Position numbers and translations under genes: made by a program. Below are positions 16,676 through 25,919 of a stretch of DNA of 28,082 bases, piece after piece (the first letter of the stretch is position 1; each line of letters opens with the position of its first letter). The notes under the pieces are model-generated. The model saw only the letters and a program-made list of their open reading frames with translations, had not been told where the DNA came from and searched no databases. This DNA comes from Myxococcota bacterium (lineage in GTDB: Bacteria; Myxococcota_A; UBA9160; UBA4427): assembly GCA_036336835.1 (NCBI GenBank), contig JAYZFK010000083.1, positions 1-28,082 on the forward strand. Reading direction: 5' to 3'.

Positions 16676-17926
16676 TCAGGCACGATAGGCGGCATCCAAC
16701 AGCTCGACCGGGTGGACCACTTTCGACCGCAGGCCGCGCTGCCGCACACCCGCCGCGAGCTGGATCATGCAGCCCGGGTTGCCGGTCGCGATCCAATCGG
16801 GCTCGACGCGCTCGAGCGCGTCGAGCTTGCGCGACAGCACCTGCTGCGACATCTCAGGCTGCGTCAGGTTGAAGATCCCCGCGGCACCGCAGCAGGCCTG
16901 CGCCTCTGCGTGATCGACGAGCGTCAGCGACTCGATCGACTCGAGCAGGCGCCGCGGAGCCGCTGCCACCCCTTGCGCGTGCACCAGGTGGCACGGATCG
17001 TCGTAACAGACGCTGCCCCGCAGTGGCGCCCGCGGCCGGCGCAAACCGACTTCGTCGAGCCACTCGCAGACGTCGCGCACGCGCCCGCCGAAGCGTCTCC
17101 CGGCGTCGCCCAGCCAGTGCTCGATCTCGCGCATCGAGGCGCCACAGCCGGCAGAGTTGACGACGAGGGCATCGATCTCGAGCGCATCGAAGACCTCGAC
17201 GTTGTCACGAGCGAGCCGGCTCGCGAACTCGAGATCGCCAGAGTGCGCATGGAGCGCGCCGCAGCAGCCCTGCGCGGGCGGCACGATCACTTCGAACCCG
17301 TTCTCGGCGAGCACCCGCAGCGTTGCCCGGTGCACGTTGCCAAACGTCTCCGACATGATGCAGCCGGTGAACAGCGCCACGCGCCCGCGCTGCTCGCCGA
17401 CGGCGGGCGTGACCTCCGGCAAGGGTGCGCGATCGGATGCCGCCGGGACGCGCGGTGCGAGCTCGATCGCGCCGGCCGCGCGGCTCGGCAGCAGCCGCGC
17501 AGCGATCTGGTCGAGGCGTAGGCGTTGCACGAGAGCGAGCGCGCTCATCGCCGCGCGAAGCCGGCTCGGCACCGCAACCACGTGCCGGAGCAGCCCGCGC
17601 TCGAGCCTCGCCGCAAAGCCGCCGCGCCGACCGCTGGTCGTGAGCGCAGCTCGCGTCAGCTCGAGCATCTCGCCGAATTGCACACCGGAGGGACACGCCG
17701 TCTCGCAGGCGCGACATCCGAGGCACAGATAGGCTTCTTCCGCGACCAGCGGTCCCGCTTCCACATGGCCCTCGGCAACGCCGCGCAGCAGGTAGATGCG
17801 GCCGCGGGGCGACGACGTCTCGCGGCCGGTCGCCAGGTAGGTGGGACACGACGACAGGCACAGTCCGCAGTGCACGCAGTCGAGGCTGCGCTCGTAGACC
17901 CGTTGAGGCAACGTCAGCTCGTTCAC
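16676..17926 (-). CDS. glcF: Glycolate oxidase-type Fe-S subunit, 416 aa
   Basis: CVHCGLCLSSCPTY and CLGCRACETACPSGV (two 4Fe-4S motifs), CCG domains (GCCGAL, ACCGAAG) and NPGC. GTGA overlap with glcE. Confidence 0.9.
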   Translation of the reverse strand: MNELTLPQRVYERSLDCVHCGLCLSSCPTYLATGRETSSPRGRIYLLRGVAEGHVEAGPLVAEEAYLCLGCRACETACPSGVQFGEMLELTRAALTTSGRRGGFAARLERGLLRHVVAVPSRLRAAMSALALVQRLRLDQIAARLLPSRAAGAIELAPRVPAASDRAPLPEVTPAVGEQRGRVALFTGCIMSETFGNVHRATLRVLAENGFEVIVPPAQGCCGALHAHSGDLEFASRLARDNVEVFDALEIDALVVNSAGCGASMREIEHWLGDAGRRFGGRVRDVCEWLDEVGLRRPRAPLRGSVCYDDPCHLVHAQGVAAAPRRLLESIESLTLVDHAEAQACCGAAGIFNLTQPEMSQQVLSRKLDALERVEPDWIATGNPGCMIQLAAGVRQRGLRSKVVHPVELLDAAYRA

Positions 17927-19161
17927 AATCGCCCCAGACAACGGCCGGGGTTCAGCACGCCGGCCGGGTCGAACCGCTGCTTGAGCGAACGCATCAGCTC
18001 GACCCTCGCGCGAGTATCCGTCCCGACTCCGAAGACGTCGCGTCCTCGCTTGAGATCGGCCGGCAACAGCTCGAAGCGCGCCTCGCCGTGCGCCTGAGCC
18101 GCGACCTGCTCCACTGCGGCCACCGACTCTCCTGCCTCCGACCATTCCGCGTATACGAGACCGACGCCCGCGTGCACGATCAGATGCGCGCCCGACGCGC
18201 GCAGCGCTTGCGCTGCACGTCCGCAGGCCGATGGAAGCAGGCCGACTCGCGCGCGCGCTCCCCCGTCGGGCAGGGCCCGCCTCTGAGCGCCGGCGAGCGC
18301 ATCGACAACATCCCCCGCAACCGGAGCCGCCGCGCAGCGTCCGCAGAGCCAGCGCTCGTCCTCGCGCACAGCGGGCTCGCTGCCGGCGAACTCGACGAGC
18401 AGGGCCGCATCACTCGTGGCAGAGATTCCGATGCGCTCGGCGATCGACCGGTCGAGCAGCGCGGCGCAGCGCGCGGTCGGTCGGCGGGCTGCGTCGATCG
18501 CGGTGTCCATCGGATCACTGCCCGCCGCCAGCGACGCGACCCGGACCGCAACCGTCTCCGGCAGAGGACTCAGCCTCAGCCAAGCGGCCTCGATCACGCC
18601 CAGAGCACCGAAAGAGCCGGTGTAGAGCTTCGCCAGGTCGAAGCCCGTCACGTTCTTGACGACGCGCCCGCCACAGCGCGTCTGCTCGCCGGTGGTGAGC
18701 ACGACGTCGAGTCCCAGCACGCAATCGCGAGGTGGGCCCTGCCCCAGTCGACGGGGCCCGATCGCTGCCGACGCCAGCGTCCCTCCGACGCTGGCGCTGC
18801 CCGGTGCGCCAAGCGGCAGTTCCCAGCCGTGGGGAGTCACCGCCTCGGCGAGCTCGGCGAGACTCGTCCCCGCGCGCACCCGAACGACACCGTCCTGTGT
18901 ATCGAGCTCCTCGATGCCACACAGACCGCGCGTCGAGAGGAGCGCGTCGACCTCGACGGGCCCATTGCCGAGCTCGTCGTGGGTGCCGCGGCCGCGGACC
19001 TGGGCACGGGCTCTGGCCTCGCCCAGGATGCGCAGCGTGCTCGCGAGCGCGCCGCCGTCGCCGGGCTGCACCGCGAAGGCAGCGGGCGCGCCGACGGCCT
19101 CGCTCAGCCGGTCCGGCCCGAGCTCGCGCTCGAGCGCCGCGCGCACGTCGAACCCGCTCAT
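17923..19161 (-). CDS. glcE: Glycolate oxidase-type FAD-binding subunit, 412 aa
   Basis: GGRVVKNVTGFDLAKLYTGSFGALGVI and C-terminal LKQRFDPAGVLNPGR; lies between glcD and glcF. Confidence 0.88.
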   Translation of the reverse strand: MSGFDVRAALERELGPDRLSEAVGAPAAFAVQPGDGGALASTLRILGEARARAQVRGRGTHDELGNGPVEVDALLSTRGLCGIEELDTQDGVVRVRAGTSLAELAEAVTPHGWELPLGAPGSASVGGTLASAAIGPRRLGQGPPRDCVLGLDVVLTTGEQTRCGGRVVKNVTGFDLAKLYTGSFGALGVIEAAWLRLSPLPETVAVRVASLAAGSDPMDTAIDAARRPTARCAALLDRSIAERIGISATSDAALLVEFAGSEPAVREDERWLCGRCAAAPVAGDVVDALAGAQRRALPDGGARARVGLLPSACGRAAQALRASGAHLIVHAGVGLVYAEWSEAGESVAAVEQVAAQAHGEARFELLPADLKRGRDVFGVGTDTRARVELMRSLKQRFDPAGVLNPGRCLGRL

Positions 19162-19183
19162 TCGAGCGCACTCGGTAGAGCGC

Positions 19184-20617
19184 TCATAGCGGCACCCGGT
19201 CGTAGCCTCGCGCCTTGGGATTCGACTCGACACAGAAGCGCGTCGTCGGGATCACCTTGCCCGGGTTGCAGACGCGATCGGGGTCGAAGGCCGCGCGCAG
19301 ATGGATCATCGGCAGCAGGTCGTCGTCGTCGAACACGAGCTTCATGTAGTCGAGCTTCTCGACGCCGACGCCGTGCTCACCGGTGATCACGCCACCCGCG
19401 CGCACACAGGTCTCGAGGATCTCGCGTCCCGCCTGCAGCACCCGGGCGAGCTCGTCGGGGTCGCGGCGATCGAACGAAATGTTCGGATGCAGGTTGCCAT
19501 CGCCGGCGTGAAAGACATTCGAGAGCTTGAGGCCGTGGCGATCGCCGATCGCACAGACCGCTTCCAGGACCTCGGGCAGCTTCGCACGCGGCACCACGGC
19601 GTCGTGGACGTACAGGTCCGGGGCGAGCCGGCCCATTGCGCCGAACGCCCCCTTGCGCGCACGCCAGAACAAGGTCCGCTCCTGCTCGTCAGCCGCGACC
19701 TGCACGCGGCTCGCGCCACAGCGCTCCGCCGCCTCGCGCACGCGTTCGACCTGGGGCGGCAGCTCGCAGCGGGCACCGTCGAGCTCGGCAATCAGGATCG
19801 CCCCGGCGTCGCGCGGCAGACCGGCCGCATAGACCGAATCCTCCACAGCCCGGATCGTGCGCTGATCGACGATCTCGAGCGCCGCCGGCACCAGCCCACC
19901 CCCAATCACCTCTCCCACCGCATGACAGGCCGAGACGACGTCCGGGAAGATGGCGAGCAACGTCTCGACCGACTCCGGGATCGGCGACAGACGCAGCGTC
20001 GCCTCGGTCACGATCCCGAGCGTCCCCTCGCTACCGACGATCGGGCCGACCAGGTCGAAGCCCTCAGCCGAGCCCGTCCGCGAGCCCAGGCGGACAACTT
20101 CGCCATTGGGCAACACCAGCTCGACGGCCAGTACGTGGTTGGTGGTGGTCCCGTACTTGAGCGTGTGCGGCCCCCCCGAGTTCTCGGCGACGTTTCCGCC
20201 GATCGTGCAGACCTGCTGACTCGACGGGTCGGGCGCGTAGAACAGACCGTGGCGGCGCACCGCTTCCGACAGCTCGGCGTTCACCAGCCCGGGCTGTACG
20301 ACGGCGACGCGATCGGCGACGTTGATCTCGAGGATGCGATCCATTCGCGAGCACTCGATCAGCACGCTGCCGGGCACCGGGTGCGCGCCGCCGGACAGAC
20401 CCGTTCCGGCACCCCGCGGCACGAACGGCACGCCCGCCTCGAGACAGGCCCGCACGATTGCCTGCACCTGGTCGGTCCGCTCGGGCAGCACGACCGCGAG
20501 TGGACGCGTTCCCTCGAGCGTCAGGCCATCGCACTGATAGACGAACAGCTCCTCGTCGCGTGCGAGGCAGCTCGCATCGCCCACGATCGACCGCAGCCGA
20601 CGGGTGAGTCGCTCCAT
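19184..20617 (-). CDS. glcD: Glycolate oxidase-type FAD-linked subunit, 477 aa
   Basis: PRGAGTGLSGG, YAPDPSSQ..CTIGGNVAENSGG.H.LKYG, HAGDGNLHP, GEHGVG.EK and NPGK. Substrate (glycolate or D-lactate) is not determinable from sequence. Confidence 0.92.
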   Translation of the reverse strand: MERLTRRLRSIVGDASCLARDEELFVYQCDGLTLEGTRPLAVVLPERTDQVQAIVRACLEAGVPFVPRGAGTGLSGGAHPVPGSVLIECSRMDRILEINVADRVAVVQPGLVNAELSEAVRRHGLFYAPDPSSQQVCTIGGNVAENSGGPHTLKYGTTTNHVLAVELVLPNGEVVRLGSRTGSAEGFDLVGPIVGSEGTLGIVTEATLRLSPIPESVETLLAIFPDVVSACHAVGEVIGGGLVPAALEIVDQRTIRAVEDSVYAAGLPRDAGAILIAELDGARCELPPQVERVREAAERCGASRVQVAADEQERTLFWRARKGAFGAMGRLAPDLYVHDAVVPRAKLPEVLEAVCAIGDRHGLKLSNVFHAGDGNLHPNISFDRRDPDELARVLQAGREILETCVRAGGVITGEHGVGVEKLDYMKLVFDDDDLLPMIHLRAAFDPDRVCNPGKVIPTTRFCVESNPKARGYDRVPL

Positions 20618-20624
20618 ATCGAAG

Positions 20625-20630
20625 AGGGTA
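20625..20630 (-). promoter_or_regulatory. -10 box TACCCT (leaderless glcD)
   Basis: TAnnnT 7 nt upstream of ATG 20617, no SD. Confidence 0.55.
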
Positions 20631-20659
20631 CGCGACCGGGACGCAGACTTGGAGCGGCG

Positions 20660-21700
20660 CTACGCGAGGCCCAGGCGCTCCATGTCGTCCTCGTCGAGGC
20701 CGAGATAGTGCCCGATCTCGTGGCGGACCGTGATCTGGATCTGGTCGATCAGATCCTCGCGGTCGAGACAGATCTTCTCGAGGTTGCGCTTGAAGATCAG
20801 CACCCGGGCGAGGTCCTGTGGCTGGTCGGTCACGCCCGCCAACGTGCGCGGCACGCCCAGGAACAGCCCCAGGATCTGCGGCGACACGTTCTCGTGCTCG
20901 GTCAGCTCGTCCGTCGGCCAATCCTCGACCATCACCGGCACATTCTGGATGTACTCGCGGATCGAGCGGGGCAGGTTGTCCAGCCCCTCCCGGACCGCCT
21001 TCTCGAAGGCCTCCCGCTCCATCTCCACCGGCAGCGGGTAGTGCGCCGGATCGAGCGCGTTGGCCCGCGCGAAGCCGCTCCCGGCGACCTCGCTGTCCCC
21101 CAGGCGCTCGGCAACCAGTGCCAGGTGGTAGACGGCGTGCGGTGAGTCGGGGTCGAGCGCGACGGCGTGGTCGAGCACGCGGCGGGACTCGCTGAAGCGC
21201 CCTAGCTCGAACAGGATCTGGCCCTCGAAGGCGCGGTAGACGGGCTGCTCGGAGCCCGCCTTGATCGCGCGCCGGACCAGGAAGACTGCGCCCTCGAGGT
21301 CGTCCAGGTAGAAGAGCGCCTTCGACTTCAGGTAGTAGACCTCGGCCTGGAAGCCGCGGTCGGGCCGGGGTAGCTCGGGCTGGCCGGAGAGCAGTTCGTC
21401 GCAGCGCTCGAGCGCGTGCTGGAACTCGCCCATCTCCTCGATCAGCAGCTCCACGCGATTCAGGTGTGCAGCCGCAAACTTGGGATCGGCGTCAGCCGCC
21501 CGCTCGAACTCGTAGATCGATTCGTCGACACGCCCCTCGTCCCACAGCAGCTCGCCACGACCGTTGTGGGCCTCGGCACCGCCCGGGCGCGCCTTCAAGG
21601 CCTCTTCGAGCCAGGCGAGCGCCTCTTCGGTGCGACCCCCGTGGGAGGCCTCCATGGCCTGGTCCAGGCAGTCCCAGTAACGATCCTTTTCGTTCTTCAT
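20660..21700 (-). CDS. TPR-repeat protein fused to a minimal zincin metallopeptidase domain (Zincin_1/DUF1025-like), 346 aa
   Basis: N-terminal about 220 aa of TPR repeats. C-terminal ILGLF.G...IFKRNL...QITVRHEIGHYLGLDEDD with an intact HExxH. Confidence 0.88.
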   Translation of the reverse strand: MKNEKDRYWDCLDQAMEASHGGRTEEALAWLEEALKARPGGAEAHNGRGELLWDEGRVDESIYEFERAADADPKFAAAHLNRVELLIEEMGEFQHALERCDELLSGQPELPRPDRGFQAEVYYLKSKALFYLDDLEGAVFLVRRAIKAGSEQPVYRAFEGQILFELGRFSESRRVLDHAVALDPDSPHAVYHLALVAERLGDSEVAGSGFARANALDPAHYPLPVEMEREAFEKAVREGLDNLPRSIREYIQNVPVMVEDWPTDELTEHENVSPQILGLFLGVPRTLAGVTDQPQDLARVLIFKRNLEKICLDREDLIDQIQITVRHEIGHYLGLDEDDMERLGLA

Positions 21701-21787
21701 GACTCCGGAGGATGTGGACGGTGTGGGGGGTTGGCAGGCGGGGACACAGGTGCCGCACGCATCGACACAGGGGTCCGAATCGGGCGC

Positions 21788-21796
21788 AGCATAGCA
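21788..21796 (-). promoter_or_regulatory. Candidate extended -10 (TGcTATGCT) for the TPR-zincin gene
   Basis: TGnTAnnnT 87 nt upstream of ATG 21700, overlapping the inverted repeat TAGCAG-N7-CTGCTA (21792-21810). Confidence 0.45.
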
Positions 21797-22117
21797 GACC
21801 CGTACTGCTAAAACGGTGTCTTCCCCCCGTCGAGAGAAACCTATAAGCTGCTGTTTTCATTAAGACATTAGTAACATTTCGCGAGGATTGTCGAGACGCT
21901 TCGCCGGCTCTCCGGATGGGGGTGAAGAAGCCTCATTCCGGCGGCTCCTGGAGCCCACGACGTCCTCAGCGGTCCCCTATATGGGGGGCGCTCGGGGGCT
22001 CGCACGGCTGCTAGACATCATGGCGGAACAACCCGGGGCGCTACCGGCAGCTCCTTCACTGCCGGTGCCGCGCAAGCTGCCTCGGAGGGTTCCAGAGTCC
22101 GTCGATTCGTCCGGTTC

Positions 22118-22149
22118 GGAGCCCGCTCGCGACCTTGCGAGCGGGCTCC
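22118..22149. repeat. Perfect 13-bp inverted repeat / hairpin
   Basis: GGAGCCCGCTCGC-gacctt-GCGAGCGGGCTCC; no U-tract on either strand. Confidence 0.8.
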
Positions 22150-22199
22150 ACTGCACTAGCCGCCCGGGGCAGAATGGGGCCGGACGGATCGGAGGCGAG

Positions 22200-22925
22200 A
22201 TGACAGCCAGTGCCATCGTGATCGGTGCAGGGAGCGAGCGCGGAACCGGAGCCTCCGCCTGCCGGCGCTTTGCTCGCGAGGGACTGCACGTCTTCGCCGC
22301 CGCGCGCACCGCCGATCGGCTCGAGACTCTCGCGGCAGAGATCCGCTCGGCAGGTGGCGAGTGCACCGCGGTGCCCACCGACGCCACCGACCCGGCCCAG
22401 ATCGAGGCGCTGTTCGAGCGAGCAAGCGAGGCGGGGCCGCCCGAGCTCGTGCTCTACAACGCGGCCCGCCAGGGTCTGCGCCCGCTCGCCGAGATGGGGG
22501 ACGATTTCTTCGAGGCAATCTGGCGGATCACCTGTTTCGGCGGCTTCGCGACAGCGCGCGCCGTCGCCCGGCGCATGGCACCTGCCGGCCGCGGCACGCT
22601 GCTGTTCACCGGGGCAACCGGCTCGGTGCGCTCGCGGCCGCCCTTCCTGGCGTTCGCCTCGGCCAAGCACGCCCTTCGCGCCGTCGCGCACGGCACCGCG
22701 CGCGAGCTCGGTCCCCAGGGCATCCACGTCGCCCACGTGATCGTGGATGGCGCGATCGACGGCGACGCAATCCGCGGCCTGGCTCCTCAGATCCTCGACG
22801 GCCTGGGCGAAGACGGAGCGCTCGATCCGGATGCGATCGCCGATGCCTTCTGGACGCTCCACACCCAGCCGCGCTCGGCCTGGACACTCGAGCTGGATCT
22901 GCGGCCATACAAGGAGTCGTTCTAG
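22200..22925 (+). CDS. Short-chain dehydrogenase/reductase (FxxxK subgroup), 241 aa
   Basis: IGAG..RGTG cofactor loop, YNA, FTGATGS, FASAK in place of YxxxK, GIHVAHVIVDG and AWTLELDLRP. SD GGAGG before ATG 22200. Confidence 0.9.
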   Translation: MTASAIVIGAGSERGTGASACRRFAREGLHVFAAARTADRLETLAAEIRSAGGECTAVPTDATDPAQIEALFERASEAGPPELVLYNAARQGLRPLAEMGDDFFEAIWRITCFGGFATARAVARRMAPAGRGTLLFTGATGSVRSRPPFLAFASAKHALRAVAHGTARELGPQGIHVAHVIVDGAIDGDAIRGLAPQILDGLGEDGALDPDAIADAFWTLHTQPRSAWTLELDLRPYKESF

Positions 22926-22947
22926 CAACGACGCCGCTGGCAGGAAC

Positions 22948-23970
22948 TCAGGCGTCGACCAGCTCGGCGAGCGTGCGCATCAGCTCGAGGTCCGTACCGC
23001 CCACCGCGATGGTGGTGACCGGGCTCTCGCGCCACGCGGCAAGGCGATCGCGCACGCGTTCGACGGGGCCGATCAAGCTGATCTCGTCGATGAACGCCTC
23101 CGGCACGGCGGCGACCGCCTCGGCGCGCTTCCCGTCGAAGAACAGATCCTGGATCTTCTGCGCTTCGCCCTCGTAGCCCATGCGGGCCATCAGCTCCTTG
23201 TGGAAGTTTCGCTTCCGCGCGCCCATGCCGCCGATGTAGAAGCCGAGCATGGGCTTGGCCGCCTCGATCGCGGCCTCGACGTCGTCGGTGATCTGGATGT
23301 TCACGTTCTGCACGATCTCGAAGCCGGGCTTCGCGCCCTTCAGCGAGTCTGCGTAGACCTCGGGCTTGAAGGGCGAGTTCCACAGCGGAAGCCAGCCGTC
23401 GCACAGCTCGGCGGCGAGCGCGACGTTCTTCGGCCCCTCGGCGCCGAGATAGATCGGCAGGTCCGCGCGCAGCGGGTGGGTGATCGGCTTGAGCGGCTTG
23501 CCCATGCCCCAGGCACCCTCACCCGTGTAGGGCAGCGGATAGTGGGGGCCGGCGTTTTCGACCGGCCCCTCCCGCCGCATCACCTGGCGGATGATGCCGA
23601 TGTACTCGCGCGTGCGCGCCAGCGGCTTGGAGAAGGGCTGTCCGTACCAGCCCTCGACGACCTGCGGACCCGAGACGCCGAGCCCGAGAATCAATCGACC
23701 CTGGCTCAGGTGGTCCAGGGTGAGCGCGTGCATCGCACAACCGGTTGGCGTCCTGCCAGAGAGCTGAACGATCGCCGTCCCGAGCTTGATCCGGCTGGTG
23801 TGGGCACCGATCCAGGCGAGCGGCGTGAAGGCATCCGAACCCCACGCTTCCGCGGTCCAGACGGAGTCGAACCCGAGCTTCTCGGCCTCGACCGCGCGCT
23901 CGACGATGTCGGGCGTGGGTTGCGCCTGCCAGTAGCCGAACGTCAATCCTAGCTTCAGCTTGTCGGACAT
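22948..23970 (-). CDS. LLM-class, probably F420-dependent oxidoreductase (Rv3520c-like), 340 aa
   Basis: GFDSVWTAEAWGSDA, TLDHLSQGRLILGLGVSGPQVVEGWYG, GKPLK and YIGGMGA..NFH. SD GAGGAG before ATG 23970. Confidence 0.9.
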   Translation of the reverse strand: MSDKLKLGLTFGYWQAQPTPDIVERAVEAEKLGFDSVWTAEAWGSDAFTPLAWIGAHTSRIKLGTAIVQLSGRTPTGCAMHALTLDHLSQGRLILGLGVSGPQVVEGWYGQPFSKPLARTREYIGIIRQVMRREGPVENAGPHYPLPYTGEGAWGMGKPLKPITHPLRADLPIYLGAEGPKNVALAAELCDGWLPLWNSPFKPEVYADSLKGAKPGFEIVQNVNIQITDDVEAAIEAAKPMLGFYIGGMGARKRNFHKELMARMGYEGEAQKIQDLFFDGKRAEAVAAVPEAFIDEISLIGPVERVRDRLAAWRESPVTTIAVGGTDLELMRTLAELVDA

Positions 23971-24002
23971 CGGAGACTCCTCGATGGGGGTGTGGGGGAT
24001 CG

Positions 24003-25919
24003 TCAGTCTCGCCGAGCCGAGACGCTCGGCGGCGTGTACCAGATGGGCGACGTCCAGGCGCGCTCCTGGATCGACCTCGGGAAGCTCGGGTCGCAACAAT
24101 CGGCGAGCGCGTCAGGCACCGAGCCCGGGACGCTGCAATCGACGCCGTGTTCGTTGCAGAGCCAGGTACTCCAACGGCAGGTCGGGTTCTCGAGAACGCG
24201 CGCATAGTAGAGTGCACCCGCGTCGGCGTCGAACTCTGGATCGGTCCAGACGCTGCACAGGGTGGCGTGCCCGCTGCCGCGGGTCTCGCAGGTGGCGAGA
24301 TCGACATCGGCACCGCCACCCGAATCGCCTGCAATGTCGAGGACGCGCTCTCGCGGCTCACCGTCCTCCAGCCACAGCTTCACGATCTGGATCCGCTGCA
24401 GGTCCGTACCGGGGCGATCGTCGGTTCCAGCGTCCTTGAGTGCAGTTGCGATGAAGCTCAGAGCCGCACCGGAAGGCCGCGCCGGGAGCTCGCCGCCCAT
24501 CGGGACGCCGGCTGCGTATCCCTCGCGGGCGACGTTGCCGCTCTCACAGACATCGTCGGGATAGCCCCAGCCCCCGAACAGCCGCACCTGCATGCGCGGA
24601 CCGCTCGTGCCGAAGGTCTCCCTGCGGCGCAAGGCGGCGAAGATCGCTTCGCGCGAGTTCTCTTCGGCCCACACCGCGGCAAGACCGCCCGGATTGAACT
24701 CGATGCGGTCGGGCAAGCCCTTGGGCAGCTCGGTCAACGGCGGTCCGGCACCGCCGTGCCCGACGTGGCGGCGCTCGTCCACGTAGCCCGGCGTGCCGAG
24801 ATGGGTGTCGGTGCTCGCGATCATGCCCATCGCGAACGGATTCACGCCGATGCGCGCCTGCTGCACGAGTCCCTCGCGCAGGATACTACGCACGAAGTTG
24901 TTGGGACCCGGCAGGTTGCGCAGCGCCTCATTCTGCACGCCCAGCATGCTGTCGTACGAGAGCTGCTCGAAGCTGCACAGCTCGTCTTCGGTGCCGGTAC
25001 CCAGGCGGCACTCGGATTCTCCCTTGTGCTGGAACACCTCGACGAGTGGCTCCGCACTCGCGCGCGCGCGCGCCTGATCCGGCGTGAGCGGCGAGCCATC
25101 GGGGTTTGCGAGCGGCCACATCTTCTCCGCCGACAGGTTCGAGTTGTGCGGAATGACGAGGACGTCACAGCCGGTATCGGCATCGCGACACTGACGATCG
25201 AGCTCTCGCCACAGGTACGCCGGATCCATGCCGTCCACGAAGCTGATCGGCAGATCGGGGACTGCGTGGTTGGCAAAGATCACGTTGCGGTGGAGATTGC
25301 TCGCGTCGAGACCGCCCGACCCGGTCCACTCATAGGCGACGAAGCTCGTGAAACGGCAAGCCGAGCTGCGATCGTAGGCGGCCTCGGCGGCCTCCTGCAT
25401 GATCTGCCAGGGTCCGCGCGCCGCCTCGAGGCACACCTCTCCGTCGTCGCCGCAGAAGGAATAGCGGCGGCCCTGGGAAGAGCGCGAGTTCATCAGGTAG
25501 AACGCAAGGCGTGGCCAGCCCCGGTAGATGCGGCAGATCAGCGCATCGTGGCCCGGCAAGCCCGGCGTGCGACACGTTGCCACCTCGCCGAACAGCTCGC
25601 CGTGGTCCGTGACGGCGGCAAAGTCGAGTGGCCGGCCGAGCCGGACGCTGCGCAACGCCTCGTCGTTCGCATCGTAGGGCTGGATGCCGAGCGCCTGGCC
25701 GCGTGCGAAGCGATACGCATCCGCTGGGGTATTGCGGGTGTCCTGGGTACTCGCATCCAGTGAGTAGGTCGAGTGCACGTGCAGGTCACCGAACAGCGCG
25801 CGTCGCAGGGGATCGCGGTTTGCGCAGGACTGGCGCACCTCGGCGTTTGCTCCGTGTGCCAACCCGGCTGCCACCAGTGCAACGGCCAACGATGTCCCCA
25901 ACCGACCAGAGCGCTGCAT
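24003..25919 (-). CDS. Secreted DUF3604-family protein (PHP-like metal-binding fold), 638 aa
   Basis: Signal peptide ending ANA. FGDLHVHS..SLDA, LDFAAVTDH, NLHRNVIF, IPHNSNLS, EVFQHKGESEC, STDTH and IQERAWTSPIWY. Confidence 0.88.
   Translation of the reverse strand: MQRSGRLGTSLAVALVAAGLAHGANAEVRQSCANRDPLRRALFGDLHVHSTYSLDASTQDTRNTPADAYRFARGQALGIQPYDANDEALRSVRLGRPLDFAAVTDHGELFGEVATCRTPGLPGHDALICRIYRGWPRLAFYLMNSRSSQGRRYSFCGDDGEVCLEAARGPWQIMQEAAEAAYDRSSACRFTSFVAYEWTGSGGLDASNLHRNVIFANHAVPDLPISFVDGMDPAYLWRELDRQCRDADTGCDVLVIPHNSNLSAEKMWPLANPDGSPLTPDQARARASAEPLVEVFQHKGESECRLGTGTEDELCSFEQLSYDSMLGVQNEALRNLPGPNNFVRSILREGLVQQARIGVNPFAMGMIASTDTHLGTPGYVDERRHVGHGGAGPPLTELPKGLPDRIEFNPGGLAAVWAEENSREAIFAALRRRETFGTSGPRMQVRLFGGWGYPDDVCESGNVAREGYAAGVPMGGELPARPSGAALSFIATALKDAGTDDRPGTDLQRIQIVKLWLEDGEPRERVLDIAGDSGGGADVDLATCETRGSGHATLCSVWTDPEFDADAGALYYARVLENPTCRWSTWLCNEHGVDCSVPGSVPDALADCCDPSFPRSIQERAWTSPIWYTPPSVSARRD

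Noticed and set aside
22021..22040. tRNA-like 3' end (minus strand ...TCCGCCA)
   Set aside because: No T-arm GTTCRA or cloverleaf upstream.
21888..22199. 104-aa N-terminal extension of the SDR
   Set aside because: Low-complexity translation across hairpin-rich DNA; GGAGG and the Rossmann motif support ATG 22200.
22650..22670. FxxxK instead of YxxxK in the SDR as a sign of inactivation
   Set aside because: To my knowledge this substitution is typical of a widespread SDR subgroup with the same FTGAT and AWT.ELDLRP motifs.
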